Positions 37,101 through 49,902 of a stretch of 64,000 bases of DNA are shown here, one piece after another. Position 1 is the first letter of the stretch. Each line of letters opens with the position of its first letter. Made by a program: the position numbers and the translations under genes. Location: positions 1-64,000 of the forward strand of contig JBFLGF010000196.1 in the NCBI GenBank assembly GCA_050230475.1, written 5' to 3'. The notes under the pieces are model-generated. The model had not been told where the DNA came from, made no database searches, and saw only the letters and a program-made list of their open reading frames with translations. This stretch comes from Ancylonema sp. (Eukaryota).

Positions 37101-39740
37101 TCTGCCCCAAATTTTAAATATTGCACCAGACACCCAAAGTTATGACTTTTGTTCATTTTTAACTTCTTTCCCTCCCAGACTTCAATCGGTATCTTGCCAG
37201 CAAGCGACTTAGTTGGTGTTCTGTTTTTTAACCAGTTTGCATGCAACAGTGCAACATCCCAATATGACTTTGGTTAACCTGACCAAATTAGTATGCATCG
37301 CATCTTTTCTGTCAAAGTTATGTTCAGTCTCTCACATATGCCATGTTTTTCAGCACTGTATGCTTCTGTGGTTTGTTTGTCAATTCCCTTCCCCCCACAG
37401 TAGTTCATCCAGTCCTAAGACACATACTCCCCACCCTTGTCTGTCCTCATAGACTGTAGTGGCAACCCTGACTGTACTTCGAGCAACTGTATAGTGACCT
37501 TTGCTCGGTTCGGTGCTTCATCTTTTGTTTTCAGTAGACTGACAAATGACAGACGTGTGGATACCTCAATCCCTGTCTGAGCATATGTGAAAGCCCCATT
37601 AGCAGACCTAACAGAAAGAGGTCCAATCAGATCCAGATGAATGCGTCCTATCTTGGGGCATGTCCCCAGATCTTCGCTGGCCTTGGCGTGACTCAGTTGA
37701 CTCATTTTACCCTGACAGCAAATCTGACAACCCTTGACCTCAGCTAATTCATATGGACTTAACTTCGGTATGTCCCCACGTCTAACGAAATCTGACATAA
37801 CATCAGCACCGGGGTGACCCAGTTTGTGATGCCAGATCATGCCTGTGGATAAGTTTGCTGTGGTAACCCAGGCATGATGATGGTAGCAACTAGCAAAGTG
37901 AGACCACTAGGCTGTTCCACTACATCTGCCCATTTCACATTCCTTTTTTTCAATTCTGGACCCGTGGGCAGCTGTAAGAAGCTCAGCCCACCTCTTTTGA
38001 CGAGGCATGAAGTCGACACGAGGGTGCAGGCATGCTGCACGCAAAGGTAGGGACGTGGATCAAGTTGAGAGGCTGCACGAAGAACGGTGAGCTGCCGTTC
38101 CTGACTCGGATGTGCACGAAACCCGTGCCCGCTACCTTGTGTGACGAGCCGTCAGCAGTGGTGATGAAGGCTCTTTGCGTGCTCAGGGTCGGGGTATACT
38201 CCACGAAATGTTCACGTTCGGTGAAGATGTGGTCAGTAGCCCTTGAATCCAGGATAAAAGACTCTTTGTGAGAACCAGCAGACAAAGCTCGAGCAACATC
38301 AAATGAGAATGCACCAAAAGCAAGATAATCCACATTAGCATCGAAAGGTATGTCAGCGCGAAGCGAGCAAGTCGTGCCTGTGCGTCAGCCTTTCGAGCAG
38401 CCTCTGGGTTCATCAATGCCATGTCAGATGCTCGTTTTCTACACTTGTCAATTGAATGCCCTAGATTGTTGCAATATCGCACTTGATTTCCCCCCCTGAA
38501 CTTCCCTGATGTACGTGTAACGACATTGGCAGCTGCTGGTGATGCTGCAGGGCACTGAGCAGCTCTATGGCCTGCTTGGTGGCACCTGTGGCATTTCCCA
38601 GCTCCGGCATAGCCTCCTCCCACGGCTGGTGAAGAACAGGCCCTGATGTGGCCGAATTGGCGGCAGTTGTAGCATTCGATGCTACCAGCGTCTCTGCGAC
38701 CAGCTCCACCCCCACCACCAGGTCTGCTGCTGCTTCCAGCTCCGCTACCTCCTCTAGGTCCACCATAGTTTGCTTGGTGACCTCCTGGCAGCGCCCCCCT
38801 CTTCCGCTCGTGAATCTCTTTTCGGACGTCGTCGCGCAGCAGCGCACTCACGATGTGAAGAATCGTGAAGAGGTGTGGTGACGACTCCGACCACGGCATG
38901 AGCGTAGAAACCATAGGGATGTAATGGGTGTTGAGGGAGTTTAGCAGGTTGATCGCTTGCTTCATCGGCGTCACAGGCGCACCCAGGTTCTTCAGGTCCT
39001 GGTGGATCTGCTGCAGCCGCTTCACGTAGGCGTTGTTGAGGTCAGCCTCCGCCTGAATTATAGCGCTCAGCAGCGCTTTAGTATTTGCTATTTCGATAGC
39101 TCCCTGCACCATGTAAAATGTCTTGAGGGCTTCCCACATCCCGGCAGCTGTCGTGCAATCCGTGACGTGCGTCAGCTCCGAAGGACCTAAGTGCTTCACA
39201 ATGTATGACATTGCAGCCAGATTGTCTTCAACCCATTTCTCGAGCTGCGGACTCTGCTAGGAAATCTGCTGCTCCCTAGCCATTCTCTCGATATCCACAT
39301 CGATCCCCCTAGCAACAAGATGCAGCTCATTCTTTGGTGTCAGTGGCATTATAACGTCTGGACGACACCTCCGAAGCAGGCTGTCCCAATCCATGACCAC
39401 ACGATGCAGCTTCTTATCTGCTAACCCATACTTGACCTTAAAGGCCCATCCTGTGTAATCTACTCCTGTAAATTGCGGGATTTGGGATCTATCCGACATT
39501 ATGGCAGCGATTGTATAGGACACGAGAATTCTCATGCCGCAACTCGAGTTCTCAGTGCAATTCCTGCAATGCAGCACTCAACTCGATTCCTTGCACCGCA
39601 ATGTCGAAATTACGTGCAACACCTAACAACTACGGCTAAATTTTCCCTCACTGGCAAAATATACCATTTTCAGAGATCTTTGCAGCGAATCGCGTGGAGC
39701 CTGTAGTTTTTAACCAACACGGCGTCTGAACTAGACCGCA

Positions 39741-39755
39741 CGTGGGCCCATAAAC
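39741..39755 (-). other. Primer-binding site complementary to the anticodon arm of initiator tRNA-Met (half-tRNA primer)
   Basis: Minus strand reads GTTTATGGGCCCACG two bases after the LTR. The plus strand reads GTGGGCCCATAA, as in tRNA(iMet). Confidence 0.75.
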
Positions 39756-39757
39756 TT

Positions 39758-40207
39758 TAAGCTTTTGAGTGATTAGACGTACAGGAGATTTGGTGGGCGA
39801 CAAAACGAACCGTACGCAGGATCACTATCACTGATGATCAACGAGACAGGAGTTGCGTGTGTGGAACGAATTAATTATTGTGATCTGATCGCATCGGAGA
39901 TGGTAATACCCGATGCGTTTTACATGTCGTTGTGTGCCGACGGTCGGTACAATTGACCGATGGCCTATCGCTGAGTGACAACTCATCTACGTGTCAACGG
40001 CACATGCCGGACACTCCTGACACGACAAAAACAAACCAATCACGACACGTCAAGCAATAAATAACAAGTGTCGACAACAGATCAGGTGCCCGGACACAAT
40101 CGTGCCCGGCCCCGCATATAAGCACATCTAGGAAATTGCTCCCGGTTAGAGTAACGGTTACAATTGGACTAGCAACATAAGGTATGGCTATCCAAAATAT
40201 TCCAACA
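39758..40207 (-). repeat. copia 5' LTR
   Basis: Direct repeat of 33681-34128. Confidence 0.92.
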
Positions 40208-40554
40208 CCCTTCTCTTGGACTAACTATTCGGGTCTTAGGCCTAACTATTGTGGCCCTCGTCCTGTGTATTTTGGTTCGAATCCTGACTATTCTTGTCCT
40301 AATCCTGACTATTCAAGTCCCATGCCTATTCGTGTGTCCTAGTAATGGTTATGGTTACGGTTATAGAGAAAACATGGTAAAGGAAGCACAATGGGAACCC
40401 CATCTACCAGACTTAGAGCTCCAAGAGTTGCTGATGATACGACATATGATCGTGAGGAGCCGTCTACACTAGGGGCATCCGGGACTCACCTCAATGAGGA
40501 TGAACTCCGAGATGTAACTCGTTGTCTGACAGTGAGTCACCATGAATACTACCA

Positions 40555-41360
40555 TAGAGTGAATGGCTTAAATGGACTCAAACCTCATCGAATCTGACGG
40601 TTGGCGAAACGTCTTTTGGCAACTTAGGGCGATGTTATCATTACAATCGTCATTTACGGCATATTCATGATTAAATATCTCAACCGTAATGTACACTTAA
40701 GTGTAACTCACCTAATTACCATTAAGTGTAATTTACTCTACATTGCCCTATTACTCTGTCTTACACTATACGTTTAGACCATAGATGGGTCTTTGAAGTG
40801 CGCGTCCCGCACGTGTTCCGCACGCGTGCGCGAGCGCACGCGTGCCGCATGCGTGCGCAAATCTCGCGCACGGTGCTGACCCATAGGCGTTAAAATTATA
40901 TTGTTAAAATTATATTGTTATTACCCGGGGGGGGGGGGGGTACTTCCTAAACCCCAGGGGTGCCGGGATGTTTCCAAATTCATGAAATTTGTTTGGTGAA
41001 CCGGTTACAACGTGGCAGTATTCAATTTAGGGCCTAAGACGTTATATCGAACTACTTACAGTGCAAAATTTAGGGCCTAAGACGTTATATCGAACTACTT
41101 ACAGTGCAAAATGGTCAGTACTCACTACTTAGTCAAATTTCAGTCGATTACATAAATTGTCCCGGTGCGGCACGCGTGCCGCACACCTGCGCGAGCGCAC
41201 GCGTTCGGCACGCGTGCGCAAATCTTGCGCACGGTGCTAACCCATCTATGGTTTAGACCGATGATTACTTGCACACAAAAAAAACGCAATCTTACATCAC
41301 GCATAAAATTATCGTAATTACTACACTCAAATCCAAAACTACGGTAATTTCACAACGCAA
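40555..41360. mobile_element. Right end of a hAT-like element of the 24036-26717 family, interrupted by a MITE
   Basis: GTGAATGGCTT..AATGGACTCAAACC..AATCTGACGG matches 26409-26460. Ends TTCACAACGCAA. Confidence 0.65.
40780..41250. mobile_element. hAT-like MITE
   Basis: Perfect TIR CATAGATGGG/CCCATCTATG and perfect 8-bp TSD GTTTAGAC (40772-40779, 41251-41258). Internal 43-bp tandem duplication at 41024-41112. Confidence 0.9.
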
Positions 41361-41361
41361 T

Positions 41362-41571
41362 CTACTTCACATAACTATGCCGAGTATTCAACGCGCTCGG
41401 GGGGGGGGGGGCGGGGGAGAAAGACATACTCTTCTCTAAACGCAATATCCTAGCATGGATAGCATGTGCTAAAGAGTGCTGCAAAGCAAGTTGACAATAC
41501 CATGACAGTAACAAACTAGTTTGGTGCCCCGACCCGCTGCCCTTCTCCAATGCGCGATGGGTACACACCAT
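41362..41571 (-). mobile_element. 3' fragment of a CRE-like LINE related to 14480-17740
   Basis: Peptide LALQHSLAHAIHARILRLE..PPPP matches VALQRSLAHAIHRTLRLE..PPPP of ORF 17428. Confidence 0.7.
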
Positions 41572-41817
41572 CTAAGAATCACCAAGGTGGTGGTTCACAT
41601 TCTTGTTTCAATTATGAACCTGGTTTTGGTTTTGTATTCTGAAAAAAAACCCAAGGAAAAAAACTTGAATTATGAACGGTAGTTCTGGTAACGCCACTCG
41701 CCCATCCGCCTCATTCGGCGGATGGGACGAGTGGATGGCGTGCGGGCGGGTGAATGGCGGGTAGAAGATGGATTGGGGATGGGCGGCGGGTGGAAACGGG
41801 TGAGGGCCGGTCAAGAC

Positions 41818-42208
41818 CATAGATGTATACGCCCGTCAAAATCTCCGCCGGGCGCCGTCCGCGGGCGGAACGCGAGCGGGAATGTCCACGTGGCGTGCGG
41901 GTATATAGAGCTTTTTTAGGGTTCTGGTGTTTTTAGTTTTTAAAACTCCACATTGATCGAAATAAAAAAATTAAAAGTGCTAATATTAACCACATAGCTT
42001 CATCTACACGAAACATTTTTTTTTCTAAGAATGTCATAAAACGTTTAGAAGCTATGTTTTTTTGAACTTGCTTTCTTGAAATCCCGAAATTCAGCGCGCC
42101 CGGTACGGGCGGCCGGACGGCGCCCGCGGGCGAAATCGCCCGCGGGCGAAATCGCCCGCGGGCGGAGGCGGGCAAAAATATCCCCGCCCGCGGGCGGGTA
42201 TATCTATG
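41818..42208. mobile_element. hAT-like MITE
   Basis: TIR CATAGATGTATAC / GTATATCTATG. TSD GTCAAGAC at 41810-41817 and 42209-42216. CCCGCGGGC repeats. Confidence 0.88.
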
Positions 42209-42216
42209 GTCAAGAC

Positions 42217-42984
42217 TAGGGTGGGCACCCAACCGCCAGCCGCCAACTGCCGACCGCCCGATCGCCGGCTGGCCAACCGCCATTTCAATGGACCTTTGTC
42301 CAACCGGGATACCGCCATCCGACCGCCAACTGCCAGTCGTTCCTGAGTAGGGGCGTGAATAGTCTACGTGTAAGAATTCGAGGTCCAATCAGAATCAAGG
42401 TTAAGAGCTCGATTCTCAACGGCCGATGAAAATCGAGAATACCCGGGGCCTCTTTGGCACAGTTGCATGTACGGACAATGCGAAATACACGTGCGGGACT
42501 CATTTCCCGCAAGAAAATATGTACGGCGTCCTCGCATACCTGTGCACCCACCTAACCACAAGAATCGGACGGAATATAGGGGGGGACGGCCTATGGGAAG
42601 GACTATGTCCGTCGTCCGATCCGATTTTTTTTAAAAAAAGTGGAAAGATTCTGTAGAGAGTATTGCGGATCTTCTGACACCACGGGAATCCTACGGCATC
42701 GGGGGTGGGACGGTGTCCTAAACGACAATCCGGCGATGCAGGGATACTCTCCGCCTTTACATTTCATCGTACAATCCGCAATCGCCTTCCAACCGTCGGC
42801 GGTTGGGTGGACTGGCGGCCGTCGGGCTCTTGACTGGGGTTGGGTGGCGGTTGGGTGGCGGTTGGGAAATTGGACGGCGGATGGACGGTTGGATGGCGGT
42901 TGGAGCACTTGGGTGGCGGTTGGATGCGGCTGGCAGTCGGCCGACCGCCGACCGTTGGGATTCTGGCGGTGGGGTCCCACCCTA
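42217..42984. mobile_element. Non-autonomous hAT-like element of a different family
   Basis: TIR TAGGGTGGG / CCCACCCTA. TSD GTCAAGAC at 42209-42216 and 42985-42992. ACCGCC/GGCGGT subterminal repeats. Confidence 0.88.
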
Positions 42985-43208
42985 GTCAAGACCCACCGCA
43001 GTGATGTGGACCCCCCTATGAGGTGACCGATCAGAGTTGTCTGCCGGGGTTGGGATGCAACTGAATGAGCACCTGCAGAAAAAGTTTATAGGCCTCATGG
43101 GCGCATGGGCCTTCCCGGATTAGGAAACGAAGTCGACAGCTTCCCTTATTCCTCGTTAAGCAGCATAATTCACTGCACACATCTCGATTACTTTTTGTGT
43201 GGAGCATA

Positions 43209-45492
43209 ATGATTGGCCCTAATATACGCTCGGAAGCTGTGGTGTTGATGGACCAGCGACGTGCCATGGAGGTGGAAATTGAAACCATCGTAGCGCGCTT
43301 GAGTGGACCAGATGGACCTGGAGTGAGAGGCAGGCTTGTCGACAGCGAAGTGAGCACATCGATATCTGCAACAAATTATGAGACGTAGACGAGTGCTCTT
43401 ATGCTCTATGTAACAAGATTTTCTCGATGTTCTTAGACTGCAAGTTTTGTGGACCTTAAGAAGCATGGCATAAAAAAACCGTATAACACTGATTCAGTCA
43501 TTTGAAGGAACTGGAACGGAGAGAAATTAGAACTTTGAACTTTGAACTTTGAATGATTCATAGAGCTATTAAAGTCAAGCCAGATAATGTGAAATACAAA
43601 ACACGTCAACACGAAGTCAGCCCATGACTGCATCTGGGGTCACTCATTTCCCCCCCCCCCCCCTAGTACAGCCCGTTGTCCTTCGTGCAGTTGTGACGAT
43701 GGATTCTCCTATCCTTCTTTGAATGTTATGAACTGCGACATTGGTCACTTCATCGCAGGGCTTTCCTTTCAGCCACTTCGATATTCCTGCCGTCCGCCGG
43801 GACCGAGGGAGATTGGCAGGTACACTACAATCTATGGGAAGGATAAGCAAGGAACCTATACGCTTAAGGTACAATATTGATATATCTATCCCCACCACTT
43901 ATTTTTCACTCACTGAGAGACATTTGTGTTGCTGTCCTGTGCGCCCTTCAGAGCTCCACAATGATCACCTCGCTTTAACGGCTCGGATCGAGCGGCTCAT
44001 ACACGACCTTCATGCAGCAGCACCACCTAAACGGCCTGCACACAATTCCCAATCAGCCCTCCAGACAAAAGTAGAGCCCCCGGAGGATACAGATTTACTC
44101 AAGGCAGTGGAAGAGTCTTTTGAAGCCGCTTGTACCGTGCCTCAGAAGCGAGCAGGTCAGGAGTGTCTGTGATGCCCCTGTCTGTCATCAAGGCATGTGC
44201 GACTCGTGTCTGCATGTAGGTGGCAGAGAGATGCTGCATTTTTTGGTCTGAAGAATTTGTATGAAGGTACGGTGTGTATGAAGGCTGATGAGGATGGCTG
44301 ATAAGACTGCACTGTGAGATAGGCTCTGCGGGATGTCAACACTGTATTTGGTACGTGATATGTAGGGCAGGCTTCTGAAACACACAACCTTGTAGCTCAC
44401 AAAAATACTTCCATCCTCGTGCAGCAGAAGAGGAGGCAGGGAATGTCCGTGGAGAAGCCGGAGCTCATGAGGCACAGCAGATGTTTCCAAGAGCAGAAGA
44501 AGCCGCACCAGCAGGGCAGGCTGCAGAATTACCTCTCGCGTCTGTGTCTGTTGCTGCGAGGCTCATGGACACAGATGAACTAGTTGCGCTAGCAGGTAGA
44601 GAGGTTTCATCTGTAAAGGGAGGGGACACTTTTTGCATCCGAAATTCTGTTGGCAGAGAGCAACCGGCTTCAGTCGTGGGAAGCGCAAGATACATAGAAT
44701 CTGACAGGCTGCACGTGGAACCGGACGAGTGTGCAAACGAATCTCCAATATCAAGATTGTTCAGGGGAACTGCTTCCCTGGTGAGGACCGAGTCCTTTAA
44801 GATCAGCCAGAGAAACAGAATTGCAGGAGTGTCCGGGCATGCTTTCTTATAAGCCCGGACGATGTAAGCTCTGGATGCGAAACGCTGTCGCTAAAACTTA
44901 AGGTTGGGGGGATGCTTCTGGGGACCGTTTGGATGTACAGCTCCTTTTGCGGTGATCGATGAGGTGGCAGCGAGCTCCCCAGCAGAAGCGGATGGTATTC
45001 AAGTCGGAGATCTCATCGTACAGTTTGGGGCCGTTACCGCTGGACCTGACTGCATACGCAATGTGGCAGTGGAGCTACAACGAAGTGATGGGCTGCAAAT
45101 TCCTGTGAAGCTGGTTCGGAGAGGGGTAGAAATGGAGCTGCGGGTTGTGCCGCGGACATGGAGCGGTCGTGGGAGACTGGGGTACGTTGTGGGCATGGGG
45201 TTCCTGGGTTCACGTAGGCTACGGGTCCTCTTATCAAGCAAGTTGAGTGGTGAATTCCTCTTGGAGATGTCTCTGATCTAAAAGGTTCATATCATTTTCC
45301 GTGGGTATATCGATAGAGGTTGAGTTACCAAAGATGACGTAATTGGAGGATAGTGTGGGCAGCTCTATTGGTGCTAGGAAGCTTACTCTATGAACTACTG
45401 AAGAGGCTACGTTGCTTTTGGTGTTCTGGCAACCCTTTTCTCATGTGGTTTTGTTGGGTTGTACATGCAGGTGCCATCTGCGACCTCTTTGA
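43209..45492 (+). CDS. PSMD9: 26S proteasome non-ATPase regulatory subunit 9-like assembly chaperone (Nas2/p27, PDZ domain), multi-exon
   Basis: Exon peptides MIGPNIRSEAVVLMDQRRAMEVEI..LVDSE | GFP..DIPAVRRDRGRLA | ELHNDH.. | PFAVIDEVAASSPAEADGIQVGD..PRTWSGRGRLG | CHLRPL* with GT-AG borders. Middle exons uncertain. Confidence 0.9.
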
Positions 45493-45739
45493 GAACGACC
45501 AATGTCTTTCCTTTTAAGTTGCGTACAGGGCCTGCTGTACATACGAGCCTAGTGCTGTTGTTTTCCTGATGTCTTATTTTGGATTTTTAGTTGACGACAC
45601 AATCTGGCCAAAATAATAATATCTTTGAACATATCAGAAAGCCACTTGTAAGTTGATCATCACATACGAGTAAGCTCGTTCAATCTCTTCCTCGTTACAT
45701 GACACTTTAAACTAGTCAAGGCAACAGATTTAGTCACAA

Positions 45740-45889
45740 CATAGTTGGTCCTGATCGAGCGGGGAACATACCCTCCCATGCCGATCCGGATCAGAGGCGC
45801 CAAACATTAGTCGAAATCGATGAACAAAACCCATGTCGAATATTGCGCCGACCCGGATCGAGGATCGGGATGGATCGCGACCAACTATA
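45740..45889. mobile_element. ~150-bp hAT-like MITE
   Basis: CATAGTTGGTC...GACCAACTATA termini with GATC repeats. Confidence 0.55.
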
Positions 45890-46277
45890 ATTCTCTGAAT
45901 GGATTTCTGGCATATTGGCCCCTCGTTTTATGCAACTGCTATAATGATGTATCTACAAACGTTATAGAAGCCATGTAATAGACCACCCACAAACGGCTTA
46001 CAAGAACGGCTTACTCGGATGAGGAGTTAACGAATAAAATGTGTCAACATTCGAGTAGACTTCATCTCACTCTCTTAAAATGTAGCTTTTGTGAATCAGA
46101 TTGAGTTATATGCTTCGAAATACACATGTTCATACGTCGATACACACATCAATGACTTCAGCTAGGAAGAGCAGGTGCGACCATGGGAGTTATTGTGAGT
46201 TTTTTTTTGTATTTAAGAGCATAATTTCTTAAGATGTCAACCCACCAACCCATGGGTTGATCGGTTGCCTGTCAGTT

Positions 46278-49200
46278 TCATCTAAAATCATTTAAATTTG
46301 ATGGTTTCGCGAGCCAGTCTGCTAAAGGCGATGAAGAATCCATTAGCACGGATCGAACGGATTGATACTTAGTGACAAACTTCTGCGATCACAAACTCAA
46401 GACATAAAAATATATCAGCTTAGATAGGACACATGTACAACAAAAACACGAATAGAACTTCAGGCCTGCAAGAAATACTTCCATTGCAGAATCTTTCCAT
46501 TGAACCCCTTGATATTCCATGAACTGTTTGCAAACACGTGAAGAGAGAGGAAGTGTTGAAGTTGTAAACAAATGTGGAAATATTTAAGACTTCCTCTCTC
46601 TTCAATCCTAGAACTCCGAAGCCGCTGGGAAATAGATATCAGCAGCCACCAGAGCCCTGAACCGTGAACACGGCAGAGTTCTATTAGGAGGAACTGCATA
46701 ATTACACGAGGGTACAAATGTACATAGTCTCCAACTGACCTTCAGTTGTTCGTAGCTTTTATTATCCGCATCCGGCAGAATCCCTCTGCAGGCAGCCAGG
46801 CGCTTGAAGCGAGCAAGAAAGGAGGCTCTGCAGATTGCATCCAAGAGGTGAGGTGAAGTAAGTCGACAATCCGTGTGGGGACGGAAAAAAATGCTGACTC
46901 CTTCAAAAGACACGACATACATACATACCATAGAAAGTCATTTCGACAAGGAAGTCATGTCTACAACGACATTTGCAGTATCTGAACGGGATCACAGATG
47001 CATGGTGGCCTCAAGTTCCGAGGCCCACGTGCTTCTTCTCACTTGCACAGGGAAGATCTTGTGGCAGGGGAGAGGGCTCCTTTCTGTGCTGTTCCCTGAC
47101 GTCGTCCTGTTGTGCCCAAGATCACCTCGTGGGCGCCAGCGGCATTCCACGCGATGCTGAATCCGCACGTGAGAGCGGCAGCAGGGTCTGCAGCTCGTGC
47201 CAACTCCGCAGGGGGTGGGCCAGCTGGCAGAAGCAGAGGCTGGGGACAAAGAGCAGGAAGGAGCAGAAGTTGGTCGGTCATGGCCACAATAGGGTCGGTT
47301 GGTGAAAGAGCACTACAGAAGTGCGCCTTGTACCATGACTAAATTCTTTTTTTTTTTTTTTTTTGCCCTTTCCGTGAGCACCCAGCCTATCTCCTGTATA
47401 CAGATCTTGCTGCAAGATCCGGCTGGCGTTTACTACCTGGTTCAGCCTGTATGGTGGTGACAGCTGGCAGGCCAAAGGAGCCAGTCGCCAAATCACAGCA
47501 CGCTCTAAAGCTGACAGCTGCGAGAGGGCAGCAGGTGGGAGGTGGGAGGAGGACGAAGAAGATGGTGGTTGCAAAAGGACAGTGGAGGGGGAGTCCTGGG
47601 AGGCGGAGAGGCAGCAGGGACCAACGACGGGAACTGTGATGGAAGAAAGGTAGAGAGGATCTGGAATGAAGTGGGAAAGCAGCGCTCCTGGATACACGGG
47701 TCATCGGAAATGACAGAGAATTAGAAGAGGCGGGAGGAATATACACAGTCTGCCAATGTCCATGATGCACGGATAGGGATTCCCCGTAGGGTGAGAGTAA
47801 CAAACTAGAGACGAATGCGGGGAGCGGGCAGGATGAGTGAACTTGAAGCTGCTTCAGGGAGTGTAGAGCTTTGAAACAATGAATATGTGGAATCTGACGG
47901 ACTCGCGAGGATTGAGGCAATCCGTGTAGCGATCATAACAGTTCCTCATGATCGTGCGAATGGGTACCCCGATACTCTTCTGCCGCCACTCCGCGTTTTC
48001 TACAATTCTAAAAAGCGAAAAGAACCTAACGAGTTCCTTTTCTGTCCACATGCTGCCCTCCTATATATGTAGATGCACACGAGCTCCAACAATCCCTGCT
48101 TCAATCACCACATCCACCTTCCATCCTTGCCCGATCATTCCTGTTTGTGTACCTTGAAGTCCAACCACATTCCACTTTGCCAACTTGTCGCTGCAGCTCA
48201 TGGACAGCGTCGGATCTCCCCTCCCAGGCTTACGACGTACCAAACCCACGCGTTGAACACCTCCCTCCATCCAACTCGCCGAGGATTCCCACTTTGCGAC
48301 CTCAGCAGTCGCCAGATCTCCCTGGGATTGGCCTTCAGAGGACTCGTGCCTCTCACTGTGTACAAGACCTGAGTGAGCAGTGGGGTTGAAAGAAGGAACT
48401 TCGGTCGCTGCACAGTGCCTTGCCTCCTCCCCATCACTTGCTACTGCTGCAATCGATATGCAGTTGGCGTCCACTGGAGATGCTTGGGGAGCATCAGGTC
48501 GATATATTTTATGGACAATGGGCCTCTGAGTCGTGGCCAGTTTGGCGCCTGTGCGATGGAAGTGGGACTTGAGAGCACTGCATTCAGCGGACTGCAACGG
48601 AACGTGACTTTCTCTGTCCCTCTTCCTTGATAAAGCTTCTGCTTCCCCAAGAGGGTCAGTCACACTGGATGCAGAATCGCGAGCTTCCAGAACCACGTCA
48701 GTTGTCCCGCCACCTGTGGCAAGAGTGGCTATTGGTTGGGCCATGTGGTCTAAGTGGTCGGGTGGCAGCTGAAAAATGGACGCATCGCCACCTGTCACGG
48801 AATGAGGCACCAGAGGTTTGGGTACTCGGGTGTTTCACCCCCATAGTTCTGTACGGCTGGGGCCCCAAGTAGTCATAGTAGCAAGTCATATGGATATAGC
48901 CAAGTGAACGAACATAGTCGAGGCATTTCTTCAGTGATACATTTGTGGTAACCGTACCTACAGATGGGTTGAGAGCAGTAGAGATGAAGATCAAGGCCCT
49001 CTTTCAGCCGAAGCGTATGTCCTCTTCCTGCGGCCTCCAGCACAGGTGAGGCAGCCACTCCCAGCTCCCCACCATTGGAAACCTTCTCAGAGGTCATCGT
49101 TTGATCAATTTCTCCATATAACCACCTGGAACCACCTAGGAAAAATTTCGTGTTACTGCAAGCCGCAGTCATTCAGTGGTCAGGGGCACGAGCTTACTCC

Positions 49201-49902
49201 TGGAAGTAATGTTACCTACAATCATTCTAAAAAAGGAAATTCAAGAAAGGACATTGTAGGAGAGGTTCGAGAATGGGTGTCCCTATGAGTAGGGTCATTT
49301 ATTCTGATAATTTTTGTGCTACGCCTCTACATGGCGATGCTCACTGCATGAGTGCTCTCCGAGCCACCACCTCCGCATGAGCATCATGAATGACGTCACC
49401 TCGCGGGCTCAGACGGGGCTGGCCGATGCATTTGGTGCCTGTGCCGACCGCAACCACACGCATGCCTGCGACCAGCATGCGGCATCAACAACCTTCAGAA
49501 CACGCCAGAAGTCACTATAAGCCATACTGTGGTAGGGCAGCTCTTGTCCAGAGCCCAGATTCAAATATTTCCTTCAGGTTGAGGGTTGCTTTATCATCGA
49601 ACAAATCAAATGGAAAGGGACTCATGGAGATGGACAAAAAGAAATCATTTTCGTAAATGAGAAACACGAAGCAAGTTACACTTTTCCCCTGCATTGAGGC
49701 CCCGTTTTCTGCTTCGTTTCGAGAACGAACATTTTACGTCTCGAAAATCTTCTGTACCTTCCTTTCCCTCCTCTGTGAGCACAAATCCGGCTAAAACGGT
49801 GCCTTCGTTTCCTTGCGGCTTCCCTGTTTTCTTCAGCTTATTGTACTGCATTATGACGGCAGCGGCAACTGCCTCACCAAACTGACCATCCATTATGACC
49901 AT
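46278..49902 (-). CDS. TAD1: tRNA-specific adenosine deaminase 1 (ADAT1/TAD1), multi-exon
   Basis: [55 protein letters not shown] across an intron; [44 protein letters not shown]; last exon ..[13 protein letters not shown]. No dsRNA-binding domain seen. Confidence 0.9.

Larger units (their letters stand above)
33681..40207 (-). mobile_element. Full-length but decayed Ty1/copia LTR retrotransposon (hemivirus-type priming)
   Basis: LTRs at 39758-40207 and 33681-34128; PPT TCTGAGGGGGTG before the 3' LTR. Gag with zinc knuckles, protease FILDSRATDH, WHHKLGHP, integrase IHLDLIGP/RTDKGGEY, RT YKVRLVAHGF/QMDVITAFLHG/HVDD and RNase H GYCDAS. Many stops and frameshifts. 5-bp flanks CCATT/CCCTT. Confidence 0.93.

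Noticed and set aside
41024..41112. Direct repeats as a CRISPR-like array
   Set aside because: Simple 43-bp tandem duplication without spacers, in eukaryotic DNA.
48780..48975. Apparent loss of the deaminase CGDAS cysteine (ORF track shows GGDAS)
   Set aside because: The Cys codon is split by a phase-1 intron (ATCT|GTAGGT...ACAG|GT), which restores CGDAS.
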